A DNA stretch of 64,000 nt from an uncultured Nitrospinota bacterium (GTDB lineage Bacteria; Tectomicrobia; Entotheonellia; J063; CAVPRW01), in assembly GCA_963707985.1 (NCBI GenBank), contig CAVPRW010000034.1:1-64000 (forward strand). The letters are read 5' to 3'. Below, one piece after another: positions 1 through 12,750 of the stretch. The first letter of the stretch is position 1. The number at the start of each line of letters is the position of its first letter. Both the position numbers and the translations under genes were made by a program. The notes beneath the pieces were generated by a model that was not told the origin of the DNA, searched no databases, and saw only the letters and a program-made list of their open reading frames with translations.

Positions 1-476
1 GCAGCGGGTTGTTGGCTGCAAAAGGATGACACGGATGAACCTGATCTATGCCGTGTCCACTCGGGAGCCGCGATATGCGGGGAGAGGTTGTCCGATAACC
101 ACCACCTACACGATTCCGTGGAGTCTATGAATGGGAACATGGGAGAGCTGATATGGGATGTGAAGGAGAGCGAGCGATCAGGGATGGGAAAGCCGTCCTA
201 AAACCCTCCGAGGTCCATGTCAGCAGTCAGCGTGGCCATAGTAGTCGGCGCGCGGGAAAGCCGCGCACAGGGCGAAGGGCCACAGCTTGTCAGGTGCCTC
301 AAAGTACGACCCTGCCGAATGGTAACGCCTGGGAATCCTTGCGGATGTCGTCAGGAAGGAAACGAGGGTAAAGGTTCTGCAGGCGGCCGCCGTGTGCGGT
401 GAAAGCCGCATGCACGGTGACAACGGGGGGGATGGGGAGACGGACCGTCGTGGCACCGCGCCCTGTCCCTACCCAC
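1..476 (+). mobile_element. ORF-less group II intron, 3' portion (end of DI through DVI); 5' end lies outside the window
   Basis: DII stem GCTGATATGGG(147)/TCCATGTCAGC(224). DIII signature AGTCAGCGTGGCCATAGTA...GAAGGGCCAC (225-283). DIV is about 100 nt with no RT ORF. DV CCGCCGTGTGCGGTGAAAGCCGCATGCACGGTGA (387-420) has a GAAA loop and a 2-nt bulge. DVI GGGGGGGATGGGG/CCCTGTCCCT-A-CCC has bulged A471 and terminal AC (475-476). Confidence 0.9.
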
Positions 477-569
477 TGCGGACGGGTGAACAGCGGTGGT
501 GCGTGGTTCGGTGGTCCCGTCAGAGGTCGGTGGTGGCGCCGCCCCCGCCGCTGAGCGTGGGCATTGATA
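477..569 (+). other. Degenerate or interrupted integron attC site (left end replaced by the intron)
   Basis: GCGG-A-CGGG (478-486) pairs with CCCGCCGC (544-551) leaving one unpaired A. It is followed by an L'-like CTGAGC, 6 nt, then ATT at the exact position where the attC at 2719-2806 has GTT. Confidence 0.55.
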
Positions 570-645
570 TGATTTGCATTACAGCCGCTTGTGCCAAAAG
601 GACTTGTCAAACCCATCTGTTGGCCCAAGGGTTGTCCAAATCATC

Positions 646-684
646 AGACCCTCTGATTTGCACGTAGGGCAAATCAGAGGGTCT
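646..684. repeat. Perfect 16-bp inverted repeat upstream of the cassette gene
   Basis: AGACCCTCTGATTTGC-(ACGTAGG)-GCAAATCAGAGGGTCT. Confidence 0.85.
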
Positions 685-756
685 AGGCCTGAGACTCTGG
701 CTGGGGACAAGGAATTGTTCAAAAGGCTTTCGCTCAGCCGAGGAACTTACACGTGC

Positions 757-2650
757 GTGAGGAACGGGCCGGAGACTATAATCGCGACCTGCACACAACA
801 ACTGCGAGAGTTCATGGGTCAGTGCACTATGCTCTCCATCGCGCAGAGCGCTGCTGCAGAACTTTGGATGTTGCTGCAGGGGGGCTTTGGCGGCGTCGAC
901 ATGCATTCACCTTACCAGCAGGTCTGTCATATCCTGGGTATTGCGCTCACGTCGGCTGAGCACCCTAATGCGCATCCCATTACTAAGGAACAGTGGCAGA
1001 AGGCAAAGGGACTGAGCACCAGGATCTTCGATCAGTACGGGTTCATGTATTTCCGCAAACCTTCGGAGATGCAAAGGCTTTCGGATGAAGAGCTGCGCCG
1101 GATAAAAGTCACGATGTGTATGTTCTTGCAGTACCTTGGCGCTCCACCTATGCGTTCTGAGGATCAGTTGCTGGCTCGCGTGAAGGCGCTGTATGTCCCA
1201 TTTGACGACGTTTTGAGACGGGCACTGGGCTTGTCTGCCTCCGATCTCCTGCGCTTGCTGGACTGCGTCAAAGGCATCCTGCAGGGGCAGTTCGAGCGCG
1301 TCTGGTCAACTCATCACCGTGCGGCGGATTGCCACAAGCAGTTCGTTACGCTATGGCGTGCCAAAGGCTGGGATATGGAGCAGGTACGAGCAGAGGCTAA
1401 CCGGCACCCTGTTGGGCAAGCGATACGTGAGTATGGGGAGGCGATGCAAGACCTCTGGCTCTTGAGGCGCGCGGATCTTGATCGAGCGGTCGGTACTGCC
1501 GTGGTTAACCGTATGCTCGTCCTCCTGGGGACTAGACGGGGACTGGAAGCCAATGCCTACAAGTATGCTACTGACCCCAGCCCGGCGGTCCAATACCCAT
1601 TACTTGTGCTCGATGAGGATACCTTGTTCTGCGTTTTCCACGCTCTATTCTACTATGCGGCAGAACTACACTTCGATCCCGTGCTGTCACGAGGTGAAGT
1701 GGCGCACCGGTTCTTCGAGACGCGTGACACATGGGTCGAGGAGCGAGTAGCAAACGCACTAGCGAGCTTCTTTGGTGACGGTGGGTGCGTGTGGCAAGGG
1801 GTATGCGAAACATCCGACGCCCAGTTCGAGCATGACGTTCTTGCGCAAGTTGGTGGAACTTGGCTCGTCGCCGAGGTGAAGGCCGCGCCTGTGCGTTGCA
1901 GCTTCTTTGATCCAGACAGGGCATTCGTGCGGATTCGGGACGATTTTCGCAGCGACCGAGGCATTCAGAAGGCGTATGAGCAGGGAGAGCGGCTCAGGCA
2001 GATACTGCTTACATCCAATCAATTCCGATTCTTCCGCACCGATGGTAGCGTTGTCATTGACCAACCTGGACCGGCGAAAGAGGTTTTCGTCATCTGCATC
2101 ACGGGCGAATTCTGGGGTAACGTGGCAATCGACCTCTCGCTTCTGCTGGAGAAGAGTGAGGATGCCCCGTATCCGTGGGCCGTATGCATTGATGATCTGG
2201 AAGCGTTTCTCAGGGGATTGAAGGCTCGGGGGAGGAGTCCTGATCATTTGCTCAAGTTCCTCCGTCAACGTTCCAAACTGCACGGGAGGTCCTTCAATGA
2301 GGACGAGCTGAACACCGGTGGTTACTTCATCGAACACGGCGCCCTTCTGACCCTCCCCAATGATCCGTAATGCTCTGTTTCTGTTCACCCCAGAGAACTC
2401 CTCGGTGTTCGATGAAGTGTTTTTTGAGGAACACGGGACGCCTTTGAAGCGAAATAGAGATCAGGAGCTTCAGAAGTACATGTGTAGCCTCCAAGACAGC
2501 GCAGATCAGATCGCGGCTTATCTTGGTATGTCTTCTAGCCCAAACCCAACTATTCTGGCTGTACCACGACCGCCCCGCCGCAAGGTCGGTAGGAATGCTC
2601 CTTGCCCCTGTGGTTCAGGGCGCAAGTACAAGAGGTGTTGTGGTGGTTGA
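757..2650 (+). CDS. Cassette-encoded protein with NERD-like PD-(D/E)xK nuclease motif and C-terminal SEC-C Zn motif (split near 2368)
   Basis: ORF 574..2370 contains [21 protein letters not shown] 2360..2650 ends [22 protein letters not shown]. Removing one base near 2368 joins them (LPNDP-NALFLF). The start is uncertain; GTG757 was chosen because it follows GAGGA. Confidence 0.65.
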
Positions 2651-2718
2651 TGGAAAGCCTTCGATTGTGGGTCCACAGGGATACGAGGGCTAGTCTTGGA
2701 TTGTAACTCACTGACTTG

Positions 2719-2806
2719 TCCTAACCAAGGCGTCCAGCTGACTGCTTCTAGCGTCCGCTCGTGCCTCGCTTCCGCTTCCGGCAGCAGCTGGCGCCCCGCG
2801 TTGGGC
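2719..2806 (+). other. Integron attC recombination site
   Basis: R'' TCCTAAC (2719-2725) and R' GTTGGGC (2800-2806). Arms GGCG-T-CCAGCTG-A-CTGC / GCAGCAGCTGGCGCC pair with two extrahelical bases. The site lies about 70 bp after the cassette ORF stop. Confidence 0.88.
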
Positions 2807-3321
2807 GTCACACCAGACCCCACCGCCAACCGGAAGTACGGCCTTCCTCGAGACGCTCAAGACTGTCCTCCTAGTTCTCGGTGGACTTGGTGTGATACTA
2901 CCGACCTACCTGAATATTTGGCAGTCGATAGAGAACAATCAAAATATCCAGCAGAAATTGCAGTTCGACAGATTAAACGACTCCTTTGAGTTAATTCGAC
3001 AATGGGATAATTCTGCTTTGTTCGCTGCGAGAAAGTTCTCAAGAGAAATAAAAGACCACAGAATCTAACATTAGCGATAACGATTTGATCAAGAAGGTCA
3101 ATGAGAACCCCGACCTTAAGCAATCCGTAATCATGATTTTCAACTACTTTGACACGGTCAGAATGTCCGTGTTTTCTGGCAGAGTTGACGAGCGGATTGT
3201 CAGGCGTTCGCTAGAAGAAGTGTTTCTCGATATTTACCAGCGGTTTCTACCTTGGATTAAGACACAGAGCTCGCCATATCAGAGTGACTTGAAGGAACTT
3301 CAGGACAGATGGCGCACCTAG
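2807..3321 (+). pseudogene. 5'-truncated, frameshifted DUF4760-like membrane-anchored protein
   Basis: Frame from the attC reads ...FLETLKTVLLVLGGLGVILPTYLNIWQ...SFELIRQWDNSALFAARKF. It shifts near 3060 into ...IFNYFDTVRMSVFSGRVDERIVRRSL. No start codon lies between the attC and the hydrophobic segment. Family assignment is by motif recall. Confidence 0.5.
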
Positions 3322-3560
3322 TATCGCCCAGCTAGCGCCTCCACCTTACGCAAAACCTGCGGTGGGTCTCGTCCCAGTAGAGCGTAACGTCGAGCGGCGG
3401 ATCGGGCCACCTGCGTTGTCCAGAGCGGGCATTCGAGCGCCACGTCTGGTCAATACATCGCCAGTCGCAGCCGGAACGGCTTCTCACCTGTCCTAGACGG
3501 ATTGCTGGTCCCCTAACACAGTTAGTGGGTGGACCTTTTCGCGGAGGACACCCTACCAAA

Positions 3561-3693
3561 AAACTTCCAGAATTCTGAGAAGGTATTAAAATCGGGATGA
3601 TACGGACTCTTGGGGTGACCGTTGGGTCAAGGTGAAAACTACCGGAGCCCGACTACCGGAGAACTACCGGGAATGCTCAGAAGGTATGGAAAT
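3561..3693. repeat. Direct repeats resembling integrase arm-type sites
   Basis: ACTACCGGAG (3638, 3652) and ACTACCGGGA (3663). Also an imperfect ~32-nt repeat AACTTCCAGAATTCTGAGAAGGTATTAAAAT / AACTACCGGGAATGCTCAGAAGGTATGGAAAT spaced 100 bp apart. Confidence 0.6.
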
Positions 3694-3725
3694 TCAAGAA
3701 GATATAGAAATCCGGAGTGCGGCAC

Positions 3726-3768
3726 AAAAAAAGGGCTTCTGACCCCGAAACCCGCGTCAGAAGCCCTT
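3726..3768 (-). terminator. Intrinsic terminator downstream of tRNA-fMet
   Basis: 13-bp stem AAGGGCTTCTGAC/GTCAGAAGCCCTT with an A7 tract (U tract on the minus strand). Confidence 0.8.
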
Positions 3769-3776
3769 GTATTCGT

Positions 3777-3853
<77 letters not shown>

Positions 3854-3879
3854 CCAAATCATTTATGAGAGCATGATGT

Positions 3880-3908
3880 AATATAACTACCGCATGCGGG
3901 GAATGCAA
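3880..3908 (-). promoter_or_regulatory. sigma70-type promoter for tRNA-fMet
   Basis: TTGCAT-N17-TATATT on the minus strand. Confidence 0.6.
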
Positions 3909-3994
3909 GGCTCTTTTCGTATCATACTCGCGATAATTTCCAGCTGTGTGCCTCTCACCTCAGTCACTATCTTTAACCCTGCCTTGGCAAACGG

Positions 3995-4362
3995 CTAGTC
4001 TTGACGCTGAGTCCCACGCCATGGGGAATCCTCTGAACGCCCATCGACAATTTCGAAGATAATCTCGTCAGGGCGTACCAACCCTAGGTCTTGGCGGGCC
4101 AGCTTTTCGATTTGATACGGGTCGCTCTGCAGCCCGGTGACCTGTGTCCGCAAGCGCTCGTTCTCGACTTCTAAAGCCTGAATTCGCCTTTCGGCATGCT
4201 GCAAGTGGCGATTAAATTGATAGACCTCAAAAAATCCACCATCTCCTGCCATGGCTAATAACGACAAGAGCAAAAAACACCCGATGCCCCGCCGATCACA
4301 ATACGGTGTTGCTCCTCAATCAGCAGATTTTTCCCCCAGCGCCACAGGCGTGGTATGCGCAT
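3995..4362 (-). CDS. ftsB: Septum formation initiator FtsB/DivIC (apparent 1-nt deletion in A6 at 4272-4277)
   Basis: TM segment, then GDGG, coiled coil and IEKLARQDLGLVRPDEIIF. ATG4362 with a GAGGAG RBS becomes in frame if one base is added to the homopolymer. Follows eno as usual. Confidence 0.85.
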
Positions 4363-4388
4363 ATTGCTCCTCGACGTGGCTGGCCCCC

Positions 4389-7095
<2,707 letters not shown>

Positions 7096-7099
<4 letters not shown>

Positions 7100-7998
7100 C
7101 TCGACTCAGCGTTGTGGGCGGGGGAAGGTTTATCCGCCTGGATATACTTGCCGATCAGCGGCGCCAGGTCTTGTTTGATATGGCTCGGTATGACAGCCGG
7201 GTTGGTGATGATCGCTCCTTGCAAGGCATTGCGATAGGGGCTGCCGCGCTCGACAGGAATGTATGGCAGCGCCTCACCGATGATCTGCTGGGCCATGACC
7301 GCATTCTGCTGCAGAATGTGCACAATGGTCTCGACGCTTACGGCGGCCTCAGTTTCGTGCCAGCAATCGTAGTCGGTGACGAACGCCAGGGTGGCGTAGC
7401 TCATCTCTGCTTCCCGCGCCAGTTTAGCCTCCGGGATATTGGTCATGCCGATGACTTCCACGCCCCATTGACGGTAGATGCGTGACTCTGCCTTGGTCGA
7501 AAACTGCGGTCCCTCAATGCACAGGTACGTCCCGCCCCGGTGCACGCGGGCACCAGTCCGTACGGCGGCATCATGCATGATGCCGGAGAGCTCGGCGCAG
7601 ACCGGCTCGGCAAAGCTGATGTGGGCCACAATCCCATCCTGGAAGAAGGTGGAAGGGCGGGCCACGGTGCGGTCGAAAAATTGATCCGGGATCACCACCT
7701 CGCCCGGGGCGATGTCCTCCCGCATGCTGCCGACGGCGCTGACCGAGATCAGCCATTCGACCCCCAGCGTCTTCATGGCAAAGATGTTCGCCCGTGCGTT
7801 GATATGCGACGGCATAATGCGGTGGCCACGCCCGTGCCGCGGCAGAAAGGCAACCGTCACGTCATGCCAACGGCCGATCAACACGGTGTCGGAGGGATCG
7901 CCAAAGGGGGTCGTGATGGAGATCTCTTCGATGGGCTGCAATTCTTGCACGCCATACAGACCGCTTCCACCAATCACGCCGATCGGCACCCTGGTCAT
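7096..7998 (-). CDS. mtnP: S-methyl-5'-thioadenosine phosphorylase
   Basis: [42 protein letters not shown]. Confidence 0.95.
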
Positions 7999-9012
7999 CG
8001 CCCGTGCTCCGCGCTCAGCAACTCTATAATCTGCACCATATTGAGGGCTGCGCCCTTGCGCAGATTATCCGACACGAGCCACAGATTGATGGCCCGATCA
8101 TGCGATGGGTCCATACGAATGCGCCCAACGAAGACCTCATCGCGTCCAGCAACCGTGAGCGGCATCGGGTATTGGCACTTCTCCGGCTCGTCGATGACGG
8201 CCACGCCGGGCGCTGTGGTCAGCAGTTGGCGAACCTCATGGGGAGTGATGTGCTCTGCGGTTTCGATATTGACCGCCTCGGAGTGGCAGCGAAACACCGG
8301 CACGCGCACCGTTGTCGTGCTCATGCGAATCGAGTCATCCGCGAGGATTTTATGGCTCTCGCGCACCATCTTCCACTCCTCGCCGGTATACCCCATGTCG
8401 CCGAAGGCATCGATGTGGGGCAGACAATTGAAGGCAATCTGATGGGGGAAGACACTGACCTCGGCCGGTGCACTCGCGATCAGGGCGCGCGTCTGCTGAT
8501 CGAGCTCCTGCATGGCCCGCGCCCCCGCCCCCGAAACCGATTGATACGTCGCCACGACGACACGCGTGACACGAGCTCGTTGGTGGATAGGATTGAGGAC
8601 CATCACCAGCGGAATGGTCGAGCAATTCGGGTGCGCGATGATGCCTCGATGGCGATACAAGGCGTGCTGGGTTGACTTCAGTCACCACCAGCGGGACCTC
8701 GGGGTCCATACGAAAGGCACTGCTGTCATCGATGACCACTGCCCCCGCACGTGCGGCGATCGGTGCAAATGCCTTACTGATGGACGCGCTGACGGAGAAC
8801 AGGGCAAAATGCACCCCCAAGAACGAGCCTTCGGTCAGCTCTTGCACAGGAAATTCCGCGCCCGCGAAGACGAGCTGGCGTCCGACCGAGCGCTTCGAGG
8901 CCAGAAGGGAGAGCTGGGCCACGGGAAATTTCCGCTCTTCGAGAATGCTCAGGAGCTCTAGCCCCACTGCCCCCGTCGCACCCACAATCGCTACATGATA
9001 CCCGTGCTCCAT
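7995..9012 (-). CDS. asd: Aspartate-semialdehyde dehydrogenase (apparent 1-nt insertion near 8668)
   Basis: VGATGAVG N-terminus in ORF 8350..9012; PNCST and DNLRKGAALN in ORF 7995..8660. The two join as EVNPHALYRH. Confidence 0.93.
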
Positions 9013-9024
9013 GCCGACTCCTTC

Positions 9025-10096
9025 CTATCTCAGCGCTTGTAGTACCAATGCGCCCATCTCGGCCGTGCCCACCAGCGTGGTTCCCGTCGACTGAATATCC
9101 CGTGTGCGGAATCCTTGCGCCAGCACCTGTTCGACGGCAGCCTCGATGCGCCCAGCTAAGGCATCGAGCTTAAGCGTATACTTGCACAACATCGCCACCG
9201 AGAGAATGGTGGCGAGCGGGTTCGCCACGCCTTGGCCGGCGATGTCGGGAGCGCTGCCGTGCACCGGCTCGTATAAGCGCCGTGCGATTTCCCAGACTGG
9301 CGGAGGCTGCCAAGCCGATCGAACCAGTCACCATGGCGGCCTCATCGCTGAGGATGTCGCCGAATAGATTGCCGGTGACGACGACGTCAAACTGCTTGGG
9401 GGCCCGTACCAGTTGCATGGCGGCGTTATCGACGTACATGTGCTCATAGGCAATATCCGGAAAATCCTGGGCCACCTGCTCGACCACCTTACGCCACAGT
9501 CGACTGGTTTCGAGGACATTGGCTTTATCCACCGAGGTGACGTGGTGGGAGCGTTGCCGGGCAATCTCAAAGGCCAGGCGCACGATGCGATCGATCTCTG
9601 CTGTGGTGTACACCATGGTGTTGACGCCACGCTCGCCGCCTTCGATGCTGGTCACGCCCCGGGGTTCGCCATAGTAGATGTCACCCGTCAGCTCACGCAC
9701 GGTGAGGATGTCCAAGCCTTCGACCAACTCGCGTTTGAGGGGAGAGGCATCGACCAGGGCGGTGAAGACTTTCGCTGGGCGCAAATTGGCAAACAACCCC
9801 AATTCCTGGCGTAGGCGCAGCAAGCCGCGTTCGGGGCGAATCTCCGGAGCGAGGTTATCCCATTTGGGGCCGCCAACGCTGCCAAACAGAATCGCATCGC
9901 TCTCACGGCAGAGCTGAAGGGTATTGTCCGGCAGAGGATTGCCCGCTTCGTCGATGGCACGTCCGCCCGCCACGCCCCACTGGAGCTCTACACCCACCTC
10001 TGCCATCGCCGCCGCCCGGCGCAGAACTTCTACCCCCTGGGCCACGACTTCCGGCCCGATGCCATCTCCCGGCAACACTGCCACCTGAAAGCTCAT
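9025..10096 (-). CDS. leuB: 3-isopropylmalate dehydrogenase (apparent 1-nt insertion near 9276)
   Basis: [39 protein letters not shown] continues in the shifted frame. Confidence 0.94.
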
Positions 10097-10614
10097 GCCT
10101 CCTCCCCAGTCTCTGCCGTTCGCGCTCGCAGACGTTGCGCCACATAGGGGACTAGGCCCCCGAGGGTGACCAACTCCTGGACGAAGGGGGGGAAGGGTTC
10201 TGTCTGATAGGTCTCCCCCTTGGTATGATTGATGATACGGCCAGAGTTCGCATCGATCTCGACCGTATCCCCGGCCTCGATGCGCTGCGCCGCCTCGGCG
10301 CACTCTACAATGGGCAGGCCGATGTTCAGGGCATTGCGGAAGAAGATGCGGGCGAAGGTGGCAGCGATCACGCAGGCGACACCGGCGCCTTTGATGGCGA
10401 CGGGTGCATGCTCGCGTGACGAGCCGCAGCCAAAATTTTCCGCCGCCACAATGACGTCCCCAGGCTGCACCTTCTGGGCAAACTCTGGGTCAAGCCCCTC
10501 AAGACAGTGCTTCCCAAGCTCCACGGGGTCGAACGAGATTAAATACCGCACAGGGATGATCACATCGGTATCGACATTGGCGCCGAATTTCCACGCCTGG
10601 CCCTTGATGTTCAT
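10093..10614 (-). CDS. leuD: 3-isopropylmalate dehydratase small subunit (short type)
   Basis: [29 protein letters not shown]. Confidence 0.92.
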   Translation of the reverse strand: MNIKGQAWKFGANVDTDVIIPVRYLISFDPVELGKHCLEGLDPEFAQKVQPGDVIVAAENFGCGSSREHAPVAIKGAGVACVIAATFARIFFRNALNIGLPIVECAEAAQRIEAGDTVEIDANSGRIINHTKGETYQTEPFPPFVQELVTLGGLVPYVAQRLRARTAETGEEA

Positions 10615-10689
10615 GATCGATGGCTCCACAACTCGACAACGAGACGCACGTTCAGAGTGGCCGGAATATACGCAATGCGCCGGTACTCG

Positions 10690-11517
10690 TCAAGATGCAG
10701 GCAAGCGCAGCTCGGCGGGAGGGATGTACGTGGCAGTCTTCAGCGCAGCGACAAACTCGCCGACATGTTCCAACCGATCTGCGCGATCCCCGAGATCCTC
10801 CAGCAGCTTCAGGATAGCGCTAGCCACCACGACGCCGTCAGCCAATTCCGCCACCAAGCGGACATGCTCCGGTGTGGAGACGCCGAAACCGACAGCAACT
10901 GGCTTGGGTGTAGCGGTCCTGAGCTGCTCCAGCATCATCCGCAAGTCATCCGCTAACTGAGCGCGGACGCCGGTCGTCCCCAGGCGTGACACGTAGTAGA
11001 TGAACCCACGGCTCGCCTCAGAGATCAGCTCCAGACGGGCTGCTGTGCTGGTCGGAGCAGCGAGAAAAATCATGTCGAGAGGCGTGTCAGTGGTGAGGTT
11101 CATAAGCGTCTGCGCCTCCTCGGGAGGGAGGTCGGGAACGATTATGCCATCTACCCCGGCCTCCATGGCGTCAGCGACAAAAGCCTCCTCACCATAGCGA
11201 AACACCGGATTGTAATAGGTCATGAGGACGAGAGGCACCTCAACATCAGGCCGCAACTCGCTCACCATCTGGATGATCGTGCGCAGCGTTGTCCCACCTT
11301 GCAAGGCTCGCTGCGAGGCCCGTTGGATGATCGGCCCATCGGCGAGCGGATCGGAAAATGGCACACCGATCTCAATGATGTCGCCGCCGTGTCGGACCAT
11401 CTCGCAGACCAGCCTTTTCGTCATCTCCAAATCAGGGTCACCGGCCGTGACATAGGGGATCAAGGCGCACTCGTGGCGTTTCTGTAGGCGTTCGAAGGTC
11501 TGACTGATTCGACTCAT
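10690..11517 (-). CDS. trpA: Tryptophan synthase alpha
   Basis: PFSDPLADGPIIQ, GFIYYVSRLGTTG. Confidence 0.97.
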   Translation of the reverse strand: MSRISQTFERLQKRHECALIPYVTAGDPDLEMTKRLVCEMVRHGGDIIEIGVPFSDPLADGPIIQRASQRALQGGTTLRTIIQMVSELRPDVEVPLVLMTYYNPVFRYGEEAFVADAMEAGVDGIIVPDLPPEEAQTLMNLTTDTPLDMIFLAAPTSTAARLELISEASRGFIYYVSRLGTTGVRAQLADDLRMMLEQLRTATPKPVAVGFGVSTPEHVRLVAELADGVVVASAILKLLEDLGDRADRLEHVGEFVAALKTATYIPPAELRLPAS

Positions 11518-11526
11518 GTGCCTCTC

Positions 11527-12750
11527 CTATGCCAGTAGCGCTTCAACGTGGGCGACGTCTTTGTCGCCACGCCCGGAGACGCACAGAATCACCGTGGCGT
11601 CCTTTGCCAAACGCGGGGCCAGCTTGGTAAGATATGCCAGAGCATGAGCACACTCAAGTGCGGGGATGATGCCCTCCAGGCGCGCCAAGAGTTGAAAGGC
11701 CTCCAGGGCGTCCTGATCGGTCACAGCCTCGTAGGTCACACGCCCGCTGTGCTTGAGGTAGCTATGCTCGGGACCCACGCCGGGATAATCCAAACCAGCT
11801 GAAACCGAATGCGCCGGAATGATTTGGCCGTCATCATCCTGCAGCAGATACCCCATGCTACCGTGGAGCACACCCAAACTGCCAGCGCTCAACGAGGCAC
11901 CATGCTTTCCCGAGGTGAGTCCCAACCCCGCAGCCTCGATGCCGATCAACGCCACGCTGGGATCGCCCAAAAAAGCGGAGAATATACCGATGGCGTTACT
12001 GCCGCCACCGACACAGGCCAGGCAGTAGTCGGGCAAGCGCCCTGTTCGGTCGAGGATCTGATCCCTCGCCTCACGGCCGATAATCGCCTGGAAATCTCGC
12101 ACCATCATGGGGTAGGGATGCGGGCCGACCACCGAGCCGATGAGGTAATGGGTGCTGCGGACGGTGGTCACCCAATCACGCAAGGTTTCGTTGATCGCAT
12201 CCTTGAGGGTGCGACTGCCGCTGGTCACCGCTGTCACCTTGGCGCCCAGGAGTTTCATGCGGAAGACATTCAGCGCCTGGCGCTCGATGTCCTCCTCGCC
12301 CATATAGACCTCACAGTCGAGCCCGAAGACCGCGGCTGCGGTGGCAGAGGCCACGCCATGTTGGCCGGCGCCGGTTTCAGCGATGATGCGATGTTTCCGC
12401 ATACGGCGGGTTAAGAGAGCCTGTCCGAGGGCATTGTTGATTTTGTGAGCCCCGGTGTGGTTGAGGTCCTCGCGCTTTAAGAAAATACGCGCGCCCCCCA
12501 GATACTCGCTCAGCCGACTGGCGAAGTAGAGGGGCGTCGGACGACCGACATACTCCGTCAAATACCCCTGTAGCTCGGCATGGAAGGCCGGGTCTGCTTG
12601 AGCCTCGCGATAGGCTTGCTCCAGGTCTTGGAGCGGAGACATCAGTGTCTCCGGCACATATTTGCCGCCGAAGAGCCCAAAGTGGCCCCGAGAGTCGGGT
12701 AAGGCATCCAGAGGCGGAGTTGCGAGGGCATGAGGTCTATCGTGAGTCAC
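11527..12750 (-). CDS. trpB: Tryptophan synthase beta
   Basis: [38 protein letters not shown] start overlaps the trpF stop. Confidence 0.97.
   Translation of the reverse strand: MTHDRPHALATPPLDALPDSRGHFGLFGGKYVPETLMSPLQDLEQAYREAQADPAFHAELQGYLTEYVGRPTPLYFASRLSEYLGGARIFLKREDLNHTGAHKINNALGQALLTRRMRKHRIIAETGAGQHGVASATAAAVFGLDCEVYMGEEDIERQALNVFRMKLLGAKVTAVTSGSRTLKDAINETLRDWVTTVRSTHYLIGSVVGPHPYPMMVRDFQAIIGREARDQILDRTGRLPDYCLACVGGGSNAIGIFSAFLGDPSVALIGIEAAGLGLTSGKHGASLSAGSLGVLHGSMGYLLQDDDGQIIPAHSVSAGLDYPGVGPEHSYLKHSGRVTYEAVTDQDALEAFQLLARLEGIIPALECAHALAYLTKLAPRLAKDATVILCVSGRGDKDVAHVEALLA

Larger units (their letters stand above)
1..3776. mobile_element. Right end of a probable genomic island (integron cassettes plus group II intron) adjoining the 3' end of tRNA-fMet
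   Basis: Accessory content (intron, attC sites, cassette-like genes) stops at the tRNA 3' end, and short direct repeats lie just inside the boundary. No integrase is visible in the window. Confidence 0.55.

Noticed and set aside
153..667. Short ORFs overlapping the first 670 bp
   Set aside because: They overlap the structured intron RNA and attC remnant and have no RT (YADD) or other motifs.
3325..3350. GCCCAGC-TAGCGCCTCCACCTTACG, resembling an attC left arm after the DUF4760-like gene
   Set aside because: The AAC is mutated and I found no complementary right arm or GTT box; at best a remnant.
3638..3672. Short direct repeats as a possible CRISPR array
   Set aside because: Units are 10 bp with 1-4 bp gaps, there are no spacers, and no cas genes are present.
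7995..10096. asd and leuB as true pseudogenes or programmed frameshifts
   Set aside because: Each has one isolated extra base with no slippery motif and no other decay; a consensus error is more parsimonious.
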